DNA of 64,000 bases from positions 40,806 through 104,805 of the IMG/VR virus record IMGVR_UViG_3300001528_000208, one strand, 5' to 3'. This DNA is from a virus. Its lineage: Duplodnaviria > Caudoviricetes. The notes under the pieces are model-generated. The model was not told the DNA's origin, searched no databases, and saw nothing but the letters and a program-made list of their open reading frames with translations. Positions 60,246 through 64,000 of this stretch are shown piece after piece (the first letter of the stretch is position 1; each line of letters starts with the position of its first letter). Both the position numbers and the translations under genes were made by a program.

Positions 60246-61376
60246 ATGAAAATCGAAACGAACGGTTACAGCGTAGAAATGACTACCGCTAAGACGGTAG
60301 CGGAAGCAATGGACAAACTTCCCGTTTTCCAATCCATTCGCGGCGCGGAACAGTGGAACGCAGACAAGCGCGCGAAGCTGATTGCAGACATCCTCGCGGG
60401 CTACTATGTGCCGCCTATCGCATACGGCTATGTGACGGACGAGGACGGCAACAAGACGCTTGCAATCATGGACGGACAGCAACGCGGAAACGCAATTCGC
60501 GAAGCGGTGGCAGACGGCAGACTTTCGCCCGATACGGAAATTTTAATCAGTATTGACAAGCTCCGCGCGGGCGAAGAGCTTTTCCGTGTGCTTAATATCG
60601 GCGTTCCCGTGGGTAGCGCCCTTGTTACGGCGGTGGCTCTTAATGGCAACGCGGGCAAGGCGCTTTTGGCTATCGCAAGTCATGCGGCGTTGTCGTATAT
60701 CCCATGGTCTGCAATCCAGACGGGACGCACGGAAAAGGCGGCGTTTGCGGCGTCTCTGCTTGCCATTGCAAGCGGCTGGGCGAATCCCGAAAGCAGTACC
60801 AAAATGACGGAGGCATGGCTGAACGAACACAGCGAAGAGATCATTGCAGACAATCAGACTGCCGCGCTTGCTATGTGCGACAAAATCGCCGAAGCCCTGA
60901 AGCCATACGCAGAAGCGGCAGATGGTGAAAACAAGAAGCGTGCAAAGGTGGCGCGGCGTGTTCTTGGCGGCGTTCGCAAAAAGAACAACTGGATTACACT
61001 TTGCCAGCTCGTCAAAGACGATATCGACGCAAGCGACGCAGTAGCCCTTTTTGCGGACAGTGAGACGTGGTGCAAGGCAGACAACGATAACAAGGCATAC
61101 GGCAAAGGCAAATATCGCCGCACAAGCATTGACGGCAAGGGTGGACGTATCAAAGAGTGGTCTGCTATCCCCATGGGCGGCGGCAGTAGCGGCAATGCAA
61201 CGGACGCGGCAAAGCGTCTTGACGCGGCATTATTCTTTATCGTGGACGGCGGAGACTTTCAGCGGAATCCCTATGCAGAGCTGGACGCGGACGAAAGGCA
61301 GGCGAAGAAAGCGGACAAGGCGGCGGCAGGCGTTGACGGTGATACACTTGCGGCGCTGATGGGTGGCGCGGTATGA
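60246..61376 (+). CDS. DUF262 (ParB/GmrS-like) domain protein
   Basis: QW....RAKLIADILAGYYVPPI...IMDGQQR..AI...ELFRVLNIG. Confidence 0.7.
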   Translation: MKIETNGYSVEMTTAKTVAEAMDKLPVFQSIRGAEQWNADKRAKLIADILAGYYVPPIAYGYVTDEDGNKTLAIMDGQQRGNAIREAVADGRLSPDTEILISIDKLRAGEELFRVLNIGVPVGSALVTAVALNGNAGKALLAIASHAALSYIPWSAIQTGRTEKAAFAASLLAIASGWANPESSTKMTEAWLNEHSEEIIADNQTAALAMCDKIAEALKPYAEAADGENKKRAKVARRVLGGVRKKNNWITLCQLVKDDIDASDAVALFADSETWCKADNDNKAYGKGKYRRTSIDGKGGRIKEWSAIPMGGGSSGNATDAAKRLDAALFFIVDGGDFQRNPYAELDADERQAKKADKAAAGVDGDTLAALMGGAV

Positions 61377-61693
61377 CGGGCGCGGCGATATTCCCGCAGG
61401 GCATGACGGCGGAAGAACGGCAGACAGTAGCAAGTGCTATGCTGTGCGAGTGGTACGGCATCACGGCAGGCAAGGCAGGCGCAAGCATAACAGCAACGTA
61501 TAACGGCATGACGATAACCGGGCGCAGTAAGGCTGTTGACGTGCTACAATATCGCATAGCGCAATACAGCACATTCCCGTCAATGTTTGTTTTGTTCGTC
61601 AATCGGCACAAAGGGGACGGCGGTATTTTTGACAAGTTATACAAGCACTTGCAAGACGTGTTCCCGCACGAGTTAGACAAAATGACGGCGTGA
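61373..61693 (+). CDS. Hypothetical protein
   Basis: Coupled to DUF262 gene. Confidence 0.55.
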   Translation: MTGAAIFPQGMTAEERQTVASAMLCEWYGITAGKAGASITATYNGMTITGRSKAVDVLQYRIAQYSTFPSMFVLFVNRHKGDGGIFDKLYKHLQDVFPHELDKMTA

Positions 61694-61864
61694 ATTTTGT
61701 GCAATCCGTACATTGTAAATCGTCTTTCGATTTGATATAATCAGTATATCAAATCGGGGGAGGTGCTACAATGGATAGGGACGCAATCAGGGATACGCTC
61801 CGCGCGGTGCTTGTGCTTGCTATCTTTGCGTTAATACTATATCTTGACAGGGCATGACGCACGG

Positions 61865-61895
61865 AAAAAGGGACTGCAAAAAGCAGTCCCTTTTT
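61865..61895. terminator. Bidirectional terminator at strand convergence
   Basis: aaaaagggactgc-aaaaa-gcagtcccttttt. Confidence 0.75.
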
Positions 61896-62220
61896 CTTTT
61901 GCTTGCGTGTGCATATTTATGCAAGTATGGTGTATATGCAAAATCGTGTATTTTTATGCAGGGTGGGGCGGTTATGGAAAAAGTGTTGCATTTGCAACAG
62001 GGGATGGGATGGGGTAATTTTTTTCACACACTGGGGTCAACATCTTTCATCGGGTTTATGCCATCTGCTTCAAGTATACTTCGTCAATTTCTTTTATCAT
62101 CGGCCTCCACTGCCCTTCTTCGTCCTTCCAATCATTTGTTTCCACTTCAAACCAAACCGGTTCGCCCTGTTCATCGAAACGCCCAATGATAATCTTCATC
62201 GCCATAGGGGGGGGTGGGTT

Positions 62221-62823
62221 TTAGTGTCCATCCCCGCAATTCCTTTCTTCCACGAACAGTTCCTCGAGTATGCGCGGCTTATATTCCCGCTTGTCCATTC
62301 CCGCGATTCTTTTAAGCGTCGTTCCGTCAATCAGCCCTTCGAAGCCGCTGTCGATGATGATGTTGCAAATCGCAATCTGGTCTTTGCGTAGGCGCCGCTC
62401 AAGCCGCGTTTCATGTAGCATCCGATAAAGGCGATAGCCCTGCGCCGCATTAAGCGAATAAAATTCCGCCGCGTGTTCGATATCCAGTAACGCCGCATCT
62501 GCACGCGCCAGTTCTGCCTGTGCGTGTTCGCGCATACGGAAGACTTTTCGCAATAGCGTCTGTATGCCCAGCACGCTTGTCTTGATGTCGTCCAAGCAGT
62601 CTTCGTCAAGGTATTCGTCAAAGTCAATGTCAGTGTAGCGCTCGCGGTCTGTTGCTTCCTGAATGGCATAGCCGATGTTCTTGAACGACTTCGACAAGTT
62701 CGCATAGAAGTTTTCGGCTTTGTTTCGTTCCGAAAACTTTAGCGCCGATTCAGGACTTGAGACCGTGGTTACACCGCGCTCGTCTTGCTGTATGTAGCCC
62801 GCGCCGTTTGTGATAAGCCACAC
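62221..62823 (-). CDS. Hypothetical protein with coiled coil
   Basis: DIEHAAEFYSLNAAQGYRLY...RR..KD...REYKPRIL.ELF; GGAGG RBS. Confidence 0.65.
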   Translation of the reverse strand: MWLITNGAGYIQQDERGVTTVSSPESALKFSERNKAENFYANLSKSFKNIGYAIQEATDRERYTDIDFDEYLDEDCLDDIKTSVLGIQTLLRKVFRMREHAQAELARADAALLDIEHAAEFYSLNAAQGYRLYRMLHETRLERRLRKDQIAICNIIIDSGFEGLIDGTTLKRIAGMDKREYKPRILEELFVEERNCGDGH

Positions 62824-63215
62824 GCGCGATTCCTCCTTTACTTTCTGCCGAATCTTTCCATATCCATTTGATTCGCCTTCATAATATTTTCATGAACCTT
62901 CATGTCTTTTTCACAGGCGCGAAAGAACAAAATCGGAACAATGATAAAAACCAAAACCATTCCCATATCTGCACTTCCAATCAGCGGCAACTACGGCGGA
63001 TAGCCTTCTTAGCGCCGCAATAGGCACCGTAGCTTGCCGCGCGCGACTGTGACTTGTTGTAGCCGTTCGGGAAGAAAATGGCGTTGATAAACAGGCAGAA
63101 GATAAGTTCAATCATTTTTATTTCCTCTTTTCGTTTTTATTGGGCGGGGCTGTTGCCAGCCCCTTTCCCTATCGTAGTTATATAATAACACACATTTTGC
63201 TTTTTGTCAAGTCTT

Positions 63216-63935
63216 TTAGTAAAAGTTTAGTTCGTCCGCTTTTGTTGAAATCCAGCCACGGTGATTTGTCTTCAGTTCGCAAATCGCCGCCTTTTCTTCG
63301 CCTTTGAAGTGTTTGATATACTGTTCGAAGCCACTTGCGTAACGACTGGAACCGCGAAGGTCGCATTGTCCGGTGTGACCAATCACAATCACCTTGCAGT
63401 TGTCAGAACAACGAGTAAGCACCTTTTTAAGTTCATCAACGGTTCCGTTTTGTGACTCTTCCACTATAACCACCTTGTTTTCGAAGTTGGTGCCACGAAG
63501 AAATGTGCTGGTCAGAAGCTTGATGTAGCCGTCGCCATTCTTTAGGTTCACAAGACTTTCGTCGTTTACGACGTGCATCGGGTCAAGGTTGCACTTAATA
63601 ATCGCCTGATTGATGGGTTCAAAGTAGACTTCGCTTTTCTCGGTAATCGAACCCGGTAGATAGCCCTGTCTGTTTTCTTCGCAAGGGAACATAATTACGA
63701 TGATTCCATCATAGCGACCATATTCGTACATCATGTTTGCTGTACCAACCGCGACTGTGGTCTTGCCCGTGCCAGCGCGTGCATTGCAAAACACAATCAG
63801 CTTGTCTTTATCCCAAATCGCATCACGGAAAGCTTCTTGTTCAGGGTCAAGAACCATTCCATAAAACGGATGGTCTTTAAGCGTATCAGGACAATCCTTC
63901 TTATGCGTAGTCGTTGGTGTCTTTCTTGCCGCCAT
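63216..63935 (-). CDS. phoH: PhoH-family ATPase
   Basis: ARAGTGKT, GYLPG, FLRGTNF, IVEESQN, LTR...IGHTGQCD. Confidence 0.9.
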   Translation of the reverse strand: MAARKTPTTTHKKDCPDTLKDHPFYGMVLDPEQEAFRDAIWDKDKLIVFCNARAGTGKTTVAVGTANMMYEYGRYDGIIVIMFPCEENRQGYLPGSITEKSEVYFEPINQAIIKCNLDPMHVVNDESLVNLKNGDGYIKLLTSTFLRGTNFENKVVIVEESQNGTVDELKKVLTRCSDNCKVIVIGHTGQCDLRGSSRYASGFEQYIKHFKGEEKAAICELKTNHRGWISTKADELNFY

Positions 63936-64000
63936 AGCGATTCTCCTTAGATGATTTCGTCCACGCTTTCGATAATCTTATCGGCGACGCCGCGTGCAAT

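Noticed and set aside
61854-62391. ORFs 61854-62189 and 61903-62391
   Set aside because: They span a terminator and convergence zone, lack an RBS and have implausible composition.
1-64000. DGR template repeat within the window
   Set aside because: No AAC-rich near-copy of 10076-10192 seen; it probably lies upstream of position 1.
1-64000. Stop-codon reassignment
   Set aside because: Long conserved genes are intact under code 11, and TAA, TAG and TGA all end genes at sensible positions.

Overview
A 64-kb slice of a large tailed dsDNA phage of a Bacillota (probably gut Clostridia-type) host. Genes are almost all on the + strand until a convergent switch at ~61.9-62.2 kb. Layout: (1-10.9 kb) 5'-truncated DGR-type reverse transcriptase inside a tail-fibre/Mtd_N/lysis module, with two DUF6273-like lectin-fold receptor-binding domains separated by a G9 frameshift tract; (11-33 kb) TnpB, anaerobic RNR NrdD (with mini-intein) and NrdG, dUTPase, ERF recombinase, SSB, DnaB, DnaG, Cas4-like nuclease, DnaE, adenine MTase, HNH endonucleases and a second TnpB element; (33-62 kb) a large accessory region of short operons, each behind a near-consensus sigma-A promoter, plus two tRNA-Glu genes, three candidate large structured ncRNAs and a putative replication origin; (62-64 kb) minus-strand genes including PhoH. 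Main unexplained signals: (i) about 42 small proteins from at least three unrelated fold families all end in the same C-terminal tag, small-x-[VI]-[VIL]-COOH (AKVV-like); (ii) a promoter-driven ncRNA containing a covarying copy of the 23S rRNA L11-binding (GTPase-associated centre) domain and sharing a 41-nt module with a second ncRNA; (iii) a poly-G switch fusing two DGR-type receptor-binding domains; (iv) a ~450-nt closed RNA structure right after a DIP1984-like gene. All family assignments come from motif recognition by eye; no database searches were run.
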